This document shows, piece by piece, positions 28,687 through 38,314 of a stretch of 64,000 nucleotides of DNA. The notes beneath the pieces are model-generated. The model was not told where the DNA came from and searched no databases. It saw only the letters and a list, made by a program, of their open reading frames with translations. A program made the translations under genes and the position numbers. This stretch comes from a virus. Where the stretch lies: IMG/VR virus record IMGVR_UViG_3300020438_000012, positions 38,474 through 102,473 of that record. One strand, given 5' to 3'. Position 1 is the first letter of the stretch, and every line of letters begins with the position of its first letter.

Positions 28687-29259
28687 ATGGATATCGAAAG
28701 TTTGTGGGCTCAATATAGTTCTTTTGCAAAGTCAGCGTTTAGTGACCCTAAGCCGCTAGAGTCCTTGTTCGATCAACTCGGCGAACGTATCATCATGACA
28801 CCAAGTACTAGATTTGTTCATGAAACCGGGTGCGAGCCTGGTGGAATGATTTATACGTCTATGCAGGTTGCAAAGACTGCGATGAAGTTAGTCGAGGCTT
28901 ATAATTTTGACATGAGTCTAAAGCGATCAATTATTAAAGTTGCACTACTTCACGACCTTGGAAAGATTGGTGATTTAGAGCACGACTGGCTTCTGCCTCA
29001 AGACAACGGCTGGTATAGAGATAAGCACGGCGCGCACTATAAGTTTAATGATGCAGATGGAGTTCAGAAGATGTCCGTCTCTCATAGGACGCTCTATCTA
29101 CTTCAGCATTTTGGTGTAAAGCTCTCGAGGGATGAATGGCTGGCAATTCAACTTGCTAATGGCTTTCACTTTGAGGAGAATCGCTGGTACGTTTACAGCG
29201 AGCCTGATATTGCCACAGTTATCCAGCATGCAAAACATATCGTTTTAAAACGAGCCTAA
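28687..29259 (+). CDS. HD-domain phosphohydrolase
   Basis: ALLHDLGKIG; SD GGAGG; upstream CTGAAC-17-TAACAT. Confidence 0.7.
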   Translation: MDIESLWAQYSSFAKSAFSDPKPLESLFDQLGERIIMTPSTRFVHETGCEPGGMIYTSMQVAKTAMKLVEAYNFDMSLKRSIIKVALLHDLGKIGDLEHDWLLPQDNGWYRDKHGAHYKFNDADGVQKMSVSHRTLYLLQHFGVKLSRDEWLAIQLANGFHFEENRWYVYSEPDIATVIQHAKHIVLKRA

Positions 29260-29266
29260 TATTTAT
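29259..29266 (+). promoter_or_regulatory. Putative late promoter ATATTTAT
   Basis: Upstream of the 29286-30417 cluster that includes two leader genes. Confidence 0.6.
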
Positions 29267-29285
29267 AAAAGCGTTGGGTGGTTAA

Positions 29286-29531
29286 ATGTCAGAGCGGCAA
29301 ATTAGATCTTTTGTTCGTCGTGTTCTCGAATCATCAGTGATCGACGAGGACGACGAACAAGAAGGCGAAGAAAAAGACGAAGTCTCGGCCGGAGGAGTTG
29401 CAGGGGTTTCAACACCACTGGGAACTGGTCCTAGCTATCCAAACCGCGAGAAGTCACGCCGTGTACCTCCCTACGTTGCAGCAGGAAAGGCTTTCGGCAA
29501 CGCAAAGCTAAAAAAGAAAAAGAGAAAATAA
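29286..29531 (+). CDS. Hypothetical protein with leader-like N-terminus
   Basis: MSERQIRSFVRRVLES; GGVAGVSTPLG; basic tail. Confidence 0.65.
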   Translation: MSERQIRSFVRRVLESSVIDEDDEQEGEEKDEVSAGGVAGVSTPLGTGPSYPNREKSRRVPPYVAAGKAFGNAKLKKKKRK

Positions 29532-29938
29532 TGGCAGTTTCATATAACAGGGCGCCGCTAGGTCTTACACTATCGCATGTTACACCAACCGGTGCAACGC
29601 ACTCTAACGCATTTCACACTATTTCTTCGTGCTATGTAAATAATAAAAGAATCAACAACAATGTCACGGTTAAAGTAGAAATATATAATAGCCTTTCTGA
29701 CTACAACGCAGGGAAGCCCCAAATTGATGATTTGAACTTTACTTTTACCTTGTTGAAGAATTTAGTCAACAAGCAGACTGTTACCAGAAGAGACGATATA
29801 CTAGTGCAAGCATATAATAATCTTATGACTCTTAATGCACCTGATGGATCTGCAACCAACTATTCTGGGGTTAAAAACGATAGTACCTCCACAGAGGATA
29901 ATGAAACTCGGAAAGGCAAAGACAACACAGAAGTATAG
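29531..29938 (+). CDS. Hypothetical protein
   Basis: Coupled ORF, Asn/Thr-rich. Confidence 0.6.
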   Translation: MAVSYNRAPLGLTLSHVTPTGATHSNAFHTISSCYVNNKRINNNVTVKVEIYNSLSDYNAGKPQIDDLNFTFTLLKNLVNKQTVTRRDDILVQAYNNLMTLNAPDGSATNYSGVKNDSTSTEDNETRKGKDNTEV

Positions 29939-29965
29939 TCGCAAAATATAAAAGGATTCTAAATA

Positions 29966-30184
29966 ATGAAGATCACTAAAAGACAGTTAAGAAAACTTGT
30001 GCTTGAAGCACAGAGTACCGAAGCAACATACGTTTCGCCCGATGTAGTTTCTAAGTACATGCGAGAGATCGAGGCTAAGCTAAACGAACTTTCTGACATG
30101 GGGATGACGAACGATCAGCTCGTTATTATTATGGAAGAAATTACTCAAGACATCAGAGATGGATTCGTAGGAGAATCAACATGA
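29966..30184 (+). CDS. Leader-family protein 12
   Basis: MKITKRQLRKLVLE. Confidence 0.8.
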   Translation: MKITKRQLRKLVLEAQSTEATYVSPDVVSKYMREIEAKLNELSDMGMTNDQLVIIMEEITQDIRDGFVGEST

Positions 30185-30417
30185 AAATCACAAAGAGACA
30201 ACTTAAGAAGCTTATTAACGAAGAAAAGGCTCGTCTAACCGAAGCAGCTAGCATTACGGCAACAGACAACTTAGAGACCGCCATGGATGAGTACGTTAGT
30301 TCATATCTAAGGATTTCTAAGGGACAAGACATGAGTGGTGCGCTTGCATCCTTAAGTGAGCAAGTTGAAGGATACATCGAGTTCCAGAGCGGTCTAGACG
30401 AACCCGAGCGACCATAG
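30181..30417 (+). CDS. Leader-family protein 13
   Basis: MKITKRQLKKLINEEKARLTE. Confidence 0.8.
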   Translation: MKITKRQLKKLINEEKARLTEAASITATDNLETAMDEYVSSYLRISKGQDMSGALASLSEQVEGYIEFQSGLDEPERP

Positions 30418-30445
30418 ATTTTCTTCCGTAACAAACAAAAACTAT

Positions 30446-30474
30446 TTGAAAATTTACTACATTTAATATACAGT
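30446..30474 (+). promoter_or_regulatory. Sigma70-like promoter TTGAAA-17-TACAGT
   Basis: AT-rich gap before the SSB gene. Confidence 0.5.
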
Positions 30475-30532
30475 TTGGTGAGTGAAAAAACTCACTGAAA
30501 CACGATAGCAAGTTACCAATTTGGAGGTTTGA

Positions 30533-31342
30533 ATGGCTATTGACTTTGATGCGCTTCGCCGGAAGCTCGGCCAGCTTAGTGGCAATAACTCTCGTCGCAA
30601 CATTATGTGGCGACCACAAGAAGGCGAAACCTCAACCGTTCGTCTCATTGCTTTTCCCGACAACGACGGACAGCCTTTTGCTGAGCGCTGGTTCTATTAT
30701 GGGATTGGTGCAAACCGCGGTCTTCTAACGCCGCATCAGTTCGGTAATCCAGATCCTTTTCAGGAGCTTATCAATAAGCTTCGAGATGATGGTTCAAAGG
30801 AGTCTTACGAACTGGCAAAGAAGCTTTATCCGAAGATGCGTAGTTACGCATACGTTGTCGTCAGAGGTGAGGAAGACAAGGGTCCTCGGATCTGGTCCTT
30901 TGGCAAAACGGTCTATCAGGATCTTCTAAACATCATGCTTGATGAAGATTTTGGAGACATTACAGATCCGCTCGAAGGGTTTGACATCAAGGTCGAATGC
31001 GTTAAGCAGCCTGGCCGTAAGTGGGCTAACACCAGCGTCCGCGCTCGACCTCGATCGACACCTCTCTCCGAGGACAAGGCGCAAATCAAGCAGTGGACGG
31101 ATAGTCTTCCAAGTCTAGACGACATGTTTAGTTGCAAGTCGTACGAGGAGCTTGAAAAGATTATTAACGAGTGGCTAGACGCCGGAGCACCGGACGAGGA
31201 CACTGCTCGAGCGAGTCAGGCTTCAAGTGGACGTTCAAATCCATTTTCTTCAGAGCAGAAGCCAAAAAATGACTCCGTAACTTCTTCAAGTCCTAAGTAC
31301 AAGGACCTCGATGATGCATTCAGTGACCTAGCTAACTTTTAG
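30533..31342 (+). CDS. Single-stranded DNA-binding protein (T4 gp32-like)
   Basis: VVVRGEEDKGPRIWSFGKTVY, DITDPLEGFDI, acidic C-terminus DLDDAFSDL. Confidence 0.85.
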   Translation: MAIDFDALRRKLGQLSGNNSRRNIMWRPQEGETSTVRLIAFPDNDGQPFAERWFYYGIGANRGLLTPHQFGNPDPFQELINKLRDDGSKESYELAKKLYPKMRSYAYVVVRGEEDKGPRIWSFGKTVYQDLLNIMLDEDFGDITDPLEGFDIKVECVKQPGRKWANTSVRARPRSTPLSEDKAQIKQWTDSLPSLDDMFSCKSYEELEKIINEWLDAGAPDEDTARASQASSGRSNPFSSEQKPKNDSVTSSSPKYKDLDDAFSDLANF

Positions 31343-31369
31343 TTAAGTCATTTCTGAGTTGATCGTTGA

Positions 31370-31397
31370 ACAGCGCCTTCGGGCGCTGTATTTTTTT
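31370..31397 (+). terminator. Terminator hairpin
   Basis: ACAGCGCC-TTCG-GGCGCTGT followed by a T run. Confidence 0.85.
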
Positions 31398-31410
31398 ATG
31401 TGAGGTTTTT

Positions 31411-32583
31411 ATGGCAAAGAAGAAGAAGCAAGAAGAAGATTTTACGGCAGAACTAATTTCTCAACTTAACAAGGACTGTGGTTCAAAAGTTGCATATAAT
31501 CTAGCATATGATGATTCACCAACCCATGTCAATCGATGGATTAGTACAGGGTCTAGGCAGCTTGATACGATTATTGCAAACAGAATAGACGGTGGATTCC
31601 CTGAAGGCAGAATTGTTGAAATTTTTGGTCCTCCCTCTATCGGTAAATCGCACATCGCAATCCAACTAGCCGTAAGTACGCAAAGGGTTGGTGGAATAGT
31701 AGTCTACATCGATACTGAAAACGCAACATCCGTTGAGAATCTATCGCTGCTAGGCGTTAATATCAAGAAGAGGTTTGTGTATGTTGACACGCATTGCACA
31801 GAGGAAGTCCTAAGCATTGCGGAAGCAACAATCATGAAGGCTCGCGCTATGCAAAAAGATGTTCCAATTACGATCATCTGGGATTCTGTTGCAGCCTCTT
31901 CGCCTAAGGCGGAACTTGTTGGAGACTACGACAAGGACAGCATCGGACTACAGGCTCGAGCAATCTCAAAAGGCATGAGAAAGATTAACGGCATCATCGC
32001 AAATCAAAAGGTTTTGTTTGTTTGCCTTAACCAGATTCGAACGAAGATTGGTGTCATGTACGGCGATCCGACTACAACACCTGGCGGTAAAGCAATTCCA
32101 TTCCACTCTTCGGTTCGAATCAAGCTTGGTGCAGGTCGCCCAATTGAGAATAAGGACAAGGAAGTAATCGGCATTAATGTTTCTGCAAAGACGATCAAGA
32201 ATAAGGTCGCGCCTCCTTTCAGAACAGTTAAATTTCAAATTCACTTTGGAAAGGGAATCTTTGAGCACGAAGAGTTGTTTGACGAGCTTCGTAGATTTGA
32301 CCCTATTACGGTAGACGGCAAAGAAGTTAACGTGTCTGGAACCGGTGCTTGGAAACACTTTACTGTCGACGATGTTAAAACTGGCAAGTCTATTGTTAGC
32401 AAGAAGTTTTACAAAGCTGACTTTGCAGAGATCGTAAATAATGCAGAATACAAGCAATACATCGACGCGTTAATCGAAAACGCGTTTGTTAGACGGGCTG
32501 AGGTTGACGTTGATACAGAATCGTACGAAGAAGTTAGAGCAATTTCCATGGAGCTTGAAGACGATTTTGTTGCACCGGAGTAA
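31411..32583 (+). CDS. recA: RecA/UvsX recombinase
   Basis: GRIVEIFGPPSIGKS, YIDTENA, IIWDSVAA, NQIRTKIGVMYGDPTTTPGGKAIPFHSSVR, KNKVAPPF. Confidence 0.95.
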   Translation: MAKKKKQEEDFTAELISQLNKDCGSKVAYNLAYDDSPTHVNRWISTGSRQLDTIIANRIDGGFPEGRIVEIFGPPSIGKSHIAIQLAVSTQRVGGIVVYIDTENATSVENLSLLGVNIKKRFVYVDTHCTEEVLSIAEATIMKARAMQKDVPITIIWDSVAASSPKAELVGDYDKDSIGLQARAISKGMRKINGIIANQKVLFVCLNQIRTKIGVMYGDPTTTPGGKAIPFHSSVRIKLGAGRPIENKDKEVIGINVSAKTIKNKVAPPFRTVKFQIHFGKGIFEHEELFDELRRFDPITVDGKEVNVSGTGAWKHFTVDDVKTGKSIVSKKFYKADFAEIVNNAEYKQYIDALIENAFVRRAEVDVDTESYEEVRAISMELEDDFVAPE

Positions 32584-32585
32584 CC

Positions 32586-33530
32586 ATGGTCCTATTAGTT
32601 GATGGGATGAATTGCTTTATTCGGCATTACATAGCGAATCCGTCGATGACAAACAATGGGGATCCTGCGGGTGGCGTCGTAGGGTTTCTTAGAATGTTAG
32701 CGAGTCTTTCGGAAAAGTTTTCACCAAGTGAAATTCACGTTGTTTGGGAAGGTGGCGGCAGTCTTCGCCGGCGGGCAATCTTTTCCGACTACAAGAAAGG
32801 TAAGAAGCCTAAGAAGATGAATCGCTACTACGGCGATGAGATTCCTGATTCACATCAAAACAAGATTGGACAAGTTGAGTTTCTCACAAAGTGTTTAAGA
32901 CATCTTCCAGTTACGCAACACTACGTAAAAGACTGTGAGGCAGATGATGTAATTGGCTACCTCGGAAGGTACAAGTTTAAAAATACGGAAGTAGTAATAG
33001 TGTCTTCGGACAAAGATTTCTATCAATTGATCGATGACCGCGTTACTGTTTGGTCACCAAATCAGAAAAAAATAATCGGTAAGGCGGACGTTCTGGAGAA
33101 AATGCATTCATTGCCATCAAATATGACAGTGGTAAGGGCTTGTGTCGGAGACTCTAGTGACAACATTGGCGGTGTCAAGAGAGTTGGTTTAAAAAGTTTG
33201 TCAAACCGAGTTGAGATTTTGCGGTCAACCGAGAATGTCAGCTTAGACGATTTATTTATAGAGTGCCAAGAACGAGCGAAGACGTCTAAACTTCAAATCT
33301 ATGCGAGCATACTAGAAAGCAAAGATCTCATCAGGCGCAACTTTAAACTCATGCATCTCGACATTTCAAACTTGGCAGGCAATCAAATACAAAAAATTGA
33401 AGGAAGCTTAGAGATCTATGAGAAGTCATATAACAAGATTGCATTCTTGAGCTGTCTTAAAAAATTTGGTTTAGTAAACTATGATCCTTCGCGGTTATTC
33501 TTGTCCATGAACATTCTCAATAGGCGATAA
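32586..33530 (+). CDS. 5'-3' exonuclease / flap endonuclease (PolA N-terminal, T4 RNase H family)
   Basis: LLVDGMN, EADDVIG, SSDKDFYQL, GDSSDNIGGV. Confidence 0.9.
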   Translation: MVLLVDGMNCFIRHYIANPSMTNNGDPAGGVVGFLRMLASLSEKFSPSEIHVVWEGGGSLRRRAIFSDYKKGKKPKKMNRYYGDEIPDSHQNKIGQVEFLTKCLRHLPVTQHYVKDCEADDVIGYLGRYKFKNTEVVIVSSDKDFYQLIDDRVTVWSPNQKKIIGKADVLEKMHSLPSNMTVVRACVGDSSDNIGGVKRVGLKSLSNRVEILRSTENVSLDDLFIECQERAKTSKLQIYASILESKDLIRRNFKLMHLDISNLAGNQIQKIEGSLEIYEKSYNKIAFLSCLKKFGLVNYDPSRLFLSMNILNRR

Positions 33531-33532
33531 AA

Positions 33533-34945
33533 ATGCAAGCAGAAAAAGTAGAACTACACGGGAACAATTCATGTTTTTCACATTATGGAAAACCGTTTCA
33601 GGAAAAGATCTTCCAAGGTCTCCTTATGGATCGAGAATGGGCTTCCCAGATGTACGAGGTCATGCTCCCGGAGTTCTTTGATCTCAATTATCTGAACTAC
33701 CTAACAAAACTATACTTCAAGTACTACGGCCAATACAAGGCGTTTCCTACACTTCAGCTTCTCATAACGATTATCAAGGAAGATCTGAGCGAGGGAAATG
33801 ATGTGATTCTAAGAGATCAGATTGTTGAGTTTCTTCACAGGCTCAAGTCTAATCCTCATCCTGGTGATATTGGATATGTTAAGGACAAGACACTAGACTT
33901 CTGCAAGCGCCAGGCTTTTAAGGACGCTTTGCACAAGGCCGTTGAACTGATCCAGACAGATCGCTTTGATAGCGTCATTGCACTAATGAAAGATGCTGTC
34001 GCGGTGGGCATGCCTCACTCTATTGGTCATGATTTCTTTGAAGATATCGAAGCTCGATTTGTTAAGTCGCACCGTATTCCTTGTCCTACCGGCTTGCGTA
34101 AACTCGATGCTCCAGACATCTTTGACGGAGGGTTGGGTCGTGGAGAGATCGGTGTTGTAACTGCAAATACCGGTGTTGGTAAGTCTCACTACCTTGTCGC
34201 GATGGGCGCAAACGCTCTTCGTTATGGGAAGAACGTTCTCCATTACACGTTTGAGTTAACCGAGACGGCGGTCGGCCGGCGATACGATGCAAACCTAGCC
34301 GGCATTGATGTCAATGATTTACTTTCCTCAAAGAAGAAAGTTCTTGATTTTTACGAAAACGAGAAACTCGGCCGACTCATTATCAAGGAATACCCGACAG
34401 GGTCGGCTAGCGTTATTACGATTAGAAACCACGTAGAGAAGCTTTCGCTTAAGGGTTTCAAGCCTAACCTAATCGTAATTGATTATGCTGACATTATGAA
34501 GTCAACTAAGTCTTATGACTCGCTTAGGCATGAGCTTAAGCTTGTTTACGAAGAGCTTCGCAACCTTGCAATGGAGATGAACATTCCTGTCTGGACTGCA
34601 AGTCAGGCAAATAGAGATTCTGCAAATAGTGACATTGTCGGCCTTGAGAACATGTCAGAAGCTTACGGAAAAGCCATGGTTGCAGATGTTGTTGTTTCTT
34701 TGAGTAGAAAGGCAATGGAAAAATCGACCGGTCATGGTCGTCTGTATATTGCCAAAAACAGAGCTGGTCGTGATGGAATTTTATTTCCCATGAATATCAA
34801 TACAGCGCAGTCTAGAATTACGTTGCTGGATGAGTCTGAGCTATCGCTCAACGAAGCTGTGAATCAAGATAGCAATGCCGAAAAGAAGCTACTACGCAAG
34901 AAGTGGCGAGAAGTGACACACAAACTTAAGAACGGAGAAGAATAA
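33533..34945 (+). CDS. Replicative DNA helicase (DnaB / gp41-like)
   Basis: ANTGVGKS Walker A; IKEYPTG; VIDYADI; WTASQANR; AKNRAG. Confidence 0.92.
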   Translation: MQAEKVELHGNNSCFSHYGKPFQEKIFQGLLMDREWASQMYEVMLPEFFDLNYLNYLTKLYFKYYGQYKAFPTLQLLITIIKEDLSEGNDVILRDQIVEFLHRLKSNPHPGDIGYVKDKTLDFCKRQAFKDALHKAVELIQTDRFDSVIALMKDAVAVGMPHSIGHDFFEDIEARFVKSHRIPCPTGLRKLDAPDIFDGGLGRGEIGVVTANTGVGKSHYLVAMGANALRYGKNVLHYTFELTETAVGRRYDANLAGIDVNDLLSSKKKVLDFYENEKLGRLIIKEYPTGSASVITIRNHVEKLSLKGFKPNLIVIDYADIMKSTKSYDSLRHELKLVYEELRNLAMEMNIPVWTASQANRDSANSDIVGLENMSEAYGKAMVADVVVSLSRKAMEKSTGHGRLYIAKNRAGRDGILFPMNINTAQSRITLLDESELSLNEAVNQDSNAEKKLLRKKWREVTHKLKNGEE

Positions 34946-36801
34946 TGGAAATCGCGTCAAAGATTTTGTCTGACGTAACGGTTCACATGAAGTACGCACG
35001 CTATGATTCCGAAAAGTTTCGGCGCGAAACTTTCGATGAGATCGTCAAAAGAAATGTGGCCATGCATGTAAAAAAGCACCCAGAACTAAAAGAAGAGATC
35101 GAAGAGGCCTACAAGTTTGTCTATGATCGAAAAATTCTTCCTTCTATGCGTTCTATGCAGTTTGGTGGCAAACCTATCGAGGTAGCTCCAAACAGAATCT
35201 ACAATTGTGCATATATGCCAATCGATGATCCCCGTGCTTTTTCGGAAGCCATGTTCCTTCTTCTTGGCGGAACCGGGGTAGGGTACTCAGTTCAGGCTCA
35301 TCATGTAGAAAATCTTCCAGAAATTAGTCTTCCAAACTTAAATCGCACTCGCCGTTTTTTAGTTGGTGATTCAATTGAAGGATGGGCGGATGCCGTAAAG
35401 GCTCTTCTGCATTCTTATTTTAAGGGCACATCAAAGTTACGCTTTGACTTCTCTGACATTCGGCCTAAGGGTGCTAGGCTTGTAACATCGGGTGGAAAAG
35501 CTCCAGGTCCACAACCACTGAAAGAGTGTTTGGTTAAGGTCGAAGGCATCTTGGCTTGCAAACAAACCGGTGATAAGCTTACGCCTATCGAGTGTCACGA
35601 TATCATGTGCCACATTGCCGATGCCGTTCTTGCCGGCGGAATCCGGCGCGCCGCACTTATTTGTCTATTCTCCGCAGATGACGGAGAGATGATTTCTTGT
35701 AAGTCTGGAAACTGGTGGGAAACAAATCCGCAGCGTGGTAGAGCTAACAATTCCGTTGTTCTTCTGCGTCACCTTATTGACAAGGAGTATTTTGACGATC
35801 TCTGGGAGCGTATTCGAGCGTCAGGGGCTGGTGAGCCAGGGATCTACTTATCACACGACAAAGACTGGGGAACAAATCCTTGTTGTGAAATTGCTCTTCG
35901 TCCAAATCAGTTCTGCAATCTTACCGAGATCAATGTTTCCAACGTTGATAGCCAGGAAGAATATGAGGCTCGTGTTCGAGCAGCTACGTTTATTGGAACG
36001 CTGCAGACTTCTTATACCGACTTCCATTACCTGAGACCTGTTTGGCAACGTAATACCGAAAAGGATGCTCTCATAGGTGTTTCAATGACCGGCATTGCTT
36101 CTGGGCAAGTGCTAAACCTCGACATGAAGGCCGGCGCAAAAATTGTAAAGGAAGAGAATGCCCGCGTAGCAGCGCTTCTAGGGGTTAATCCTGCAGCTCG
36201 AACTACTTGTGTCAAGCCAGCTGGAACAACTTCTCTAACGCTAGGGACTTCTTCAGGTATTCACGCTTGGCATAACGGATATTATATTCGTCGCCTTCGC
36301 GTTGGAAAGAACGAAGCAATCTACAAATATCTGGCTCAGTTTCATCCGGAGCTTATTGAAGATGAGTTCTTTAGACCACACGACACGGCAGTTATTTCTG
36401 CCCCTCAAAAGGCTCCACCTGGCGCGATCCTTCGTTCTGAACCTGCACTCGAGCTTCTAGAAAGAGTTAAGCGAGTTAGCGTAGATTGGATTCGCAATGG
36501 CCACAGGAAAGGTCAAAATACACACAATGTTTCGGCAACTATAAACATTGAAGAAGATGAGTGGGACGACGTTCGCGAATGGATGTGGGAAAACAGAGAT
36601 CACTACAATGGACTGTCTGTATTGCCAGCTTCTGATCACACCTACAAGCAAGCGCCATTTGAAGATTGTGATGTGGAAACTTACAATCGACTTATGGAAA
36701 GTATGAAAAATGTAGATCTTACCAACGTTATCGAGATGGAAGACAACACAGAGCTAACGGATCAAGCGGCTTGTGCTGGCGGTGCTTGTGAAATTATCTA
36801 A
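34945..36801 (+). CDS. nrdJ: Class II (B12-dependent) ribonucleotide reductase
   Basis: RIYNCAY, GGTGVGYS, TNPCCEI, CNLTE, TCVKPAGT, C-terminal ACAGGACEI; no beta subunit nearby. Confidence 0.9.
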   Translation: MEIASKILSDVTVHMKYARYDSEKFRRETFDEIVKRNVAMHVKKHPELKEEIEEAYKFVYDRKILPSMRSMQFGGKPIEVAPNRIYNCAYMPIDDPRAFSEAMFLLLGGTGVGYSVQAHHVENLPEISLPNLNRTRRFLVGDSIEGWADAVKALLHSYFKGTSKLRFDFSDIRPKGARLVTSGGKAPGPQPLKECLVKVEGILACKQTGDKLTPIECHDIMCHIADAVLAGGIRRAALICLFSADDGEMISCKSGNWWETNPQRGRANNSVVLLRHLIDKEYFDDLWERIRASGAGEPGIYLSHDKDWGTNPCCEIALRPNQFCNLTEINVSNVDSQEEYEARVRAATFIGTLQTSYTDFHYLRPVWQRNTEKDALIGVSMTGIASGQVLNLDMKAGAKIVKEENARVAALLGVNPAARTTCVKPAGTTSLTLGTSSGIHAWHNGYYIRRLRVGKNEAIYKYLAQFHPELIEDEFFRPHDTAVISAPQKAPPGAILRSEPALELLERVKRVSVDWIRNGHRKGQNTHNVSATINIEEDEWDDVREWMWENRDHYNGLSVLPASDHTYKQAPFEDCDVETYNRLMESMKNVDLTNVIEMEDNTELTDQAACAGGACEII

Positions 36802-36809
36802 CTTAGGTG

Positions 36810-36817
36810 ATATTTAT
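36810..36817 (+). promoter_or_regulatory. Putative late promoter ATATTTAT
   Basis: Upstream of the membrane-protein pair. Confidence 0.55.
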
Positions 36818-36842
36818 AAAGGAGAACCCGGGACTCCGCAGT

Positions 36843-37241
36843 ATGAAAATTTTACAGAACCTTAAGCAAATACTCGTCTACTCCGACAGCGAGTTAACTG
36901 AGTTGATGTTGGTTCTAGTTCTTCTTTTCGTAGATCCTATGCGGTCCCATGTATTTTGCTGCTCACCAGCCACCTGGTCGGCAGTTGGAGTTATATCTGG
37001 GATCGTTTTATTTTTTGGACTTGTATTTTCTAAACTTAGGGTCAGACAAGTCGGCCTGCTTATTGCAGTCGCTTTTTTCATTGCAGCTAGCATGATTGAA
37101 TTTAATCATGGCCACTGGAATTATTCTGATCATGGAACCTATTTAGTCCAAGCTTTAGTGGCAATGTTTTTGTGGGTTAGAGACGATAAGGAAAGACTGG
37201 TAATGTCTGCAAAGAGGAGAGCAAAAAATGGAACAGAGTGA
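36843..37241 (+). CDS. Multi-pass membrane protein (holin-like candidate)
   Basis: About four hydrophobic segments and a basic C-terminus. Confidence 0.5.
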   Translation: MKILQNLKQILVYSDSELTELMLVLVLLFVDPMRSHVFCCSPATWSAVGVISGIVLFFGLVFSKLRVRQVGLLIAVAFFIAASMIEFNHGHWNYSDHGTYLVQALVAMFLWVRDDKERLVMSAKRRAKNGTE

Positions 37242-37569
37242 CATCATAACGCTTCTAGTAGCGGTAGTTGGCACACTCGGCGGTGCTTCTGCATGGCAAT
37301 TTTATCAGAAAAAGCTTGAAATAAAAGCTGCATCTGAAGAAAAAGATAAAGCGCAGCAGCACGTATATCGCGATGACCTCAGGGAACGAGTTGCAATTCT
37401 AGAAGCTAAGCTTGACACTTCTAGAAGTGAAAGAGACGAACTTCTAGAAAAACTTAGAATCTTAGCAGAAGAAACCGCTGCGCTCCGAGTCGAAGTTCAG
37501 TTCCTTAGAGAAGAGAGAGAAAAGCTAACCGCTCTTGTCGAGAAGCTAAGTATGAAAGGTAACTCTTAA
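37228..37569 (+). CDS. Membrane-anchored coiled-coil protein
   Basis: N-terminal TM (IITLLVAVVGTLGGASAW) followed by a heptad-rich helix. Confidence 0.6.
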   Translation: MEQSDIITLLVAVVGTLGGASAWQFYQKKLEIKAASEEKDKAQQHVYRDDLRERVAILEAKLDTSRSERDELLEKLRILAEETAALRVEVQFLREEREKLTALVEKLSMKGNS

Positions 37570-37812
37570 ATTACTTTCCTCATATTTTTGAATCTGCAAT
37601 TTTATATTTCAATTTTTTGTATAATCGGATCATTTACGATATATTGTTGAGTCGGTGAGAAACCATGGCGTTCTATAGTGGTTTCCCCTCGATAATAAAT
37701 CGGATCACAGTCCATGCTATTCTTTAGAAAGCAATGCGTTGTGCATTAAATCATTGCCATGTCTGGTTTATCAGTAACTTTAAAATCGTATAATAATTCA
37801 AAAGGAGACAAC

Positions 37813-38031
37813 ATGGATAAGATTACATTAGGCGACCCGGCAATTGCAGAAATTGCACGACTGGTTCAGCTTGCAATTCTCACAGGGACGGACGTAACAG
37901 ATCAACTTCGGACCCTGTCCCTTACGGTTGAAGATTCAGTTCTATACCCTCATCCTGAATTTACCGAATACATTGAATCATCGATCGAAAAGCTTCTTCA
38001 GGAAGCAGAAAACATTAAGGTCGAGGCTTGA
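37813..38031 (+). CDS. Hypothetical protein
   Basis: SD AAAGGAG, TATAAT upstream. Confidence 0.7.
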   Translation: MDKITLGDPAIAEIARLVQLAILTGTDVTDQLRTLSLTVEDSVLYPHPEFTEYIESSIEKLLQEAENIKVEA

Positions 38032-38273
38032 AATACAGTGAAGGCGACCTAGTTATCTGCCGAACACCTTTTATGATGTTCTTTGATTCCGAGGATGAAC
38101 AGCTACTAATGGCACCTGCACAGTTAGAGCCGGGTGATGTTGGAATGTGTATCGACTCTTCTAGGGTCGGCGAAACAGCTTTCATGTTTGGTAATGCAGT
38201 TTTGTATCACCTTGAAAATGGTTTAGATTTTAGTGTCAATAAAATCGAGGATTGCATTGAAGTCTTTTTGTAG
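38028..38273 (+). CDS. Hypothetical protein
   Basis: TTGA-overlap coupled ORF. Confidence 0.55.
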   Translation: MKYSEGDLVICRTPFMMFFDSEDEQLLMAPAQLEPGDVGMCIDSSRVGETAFMFGNAVLYHLENGLDFSVNKIEDCIEVFL

Positions 38274-38314
38274 CAAAGCTGTATAGAGAATTTTTAAAAC
38301 TTTATCTAAACTAG

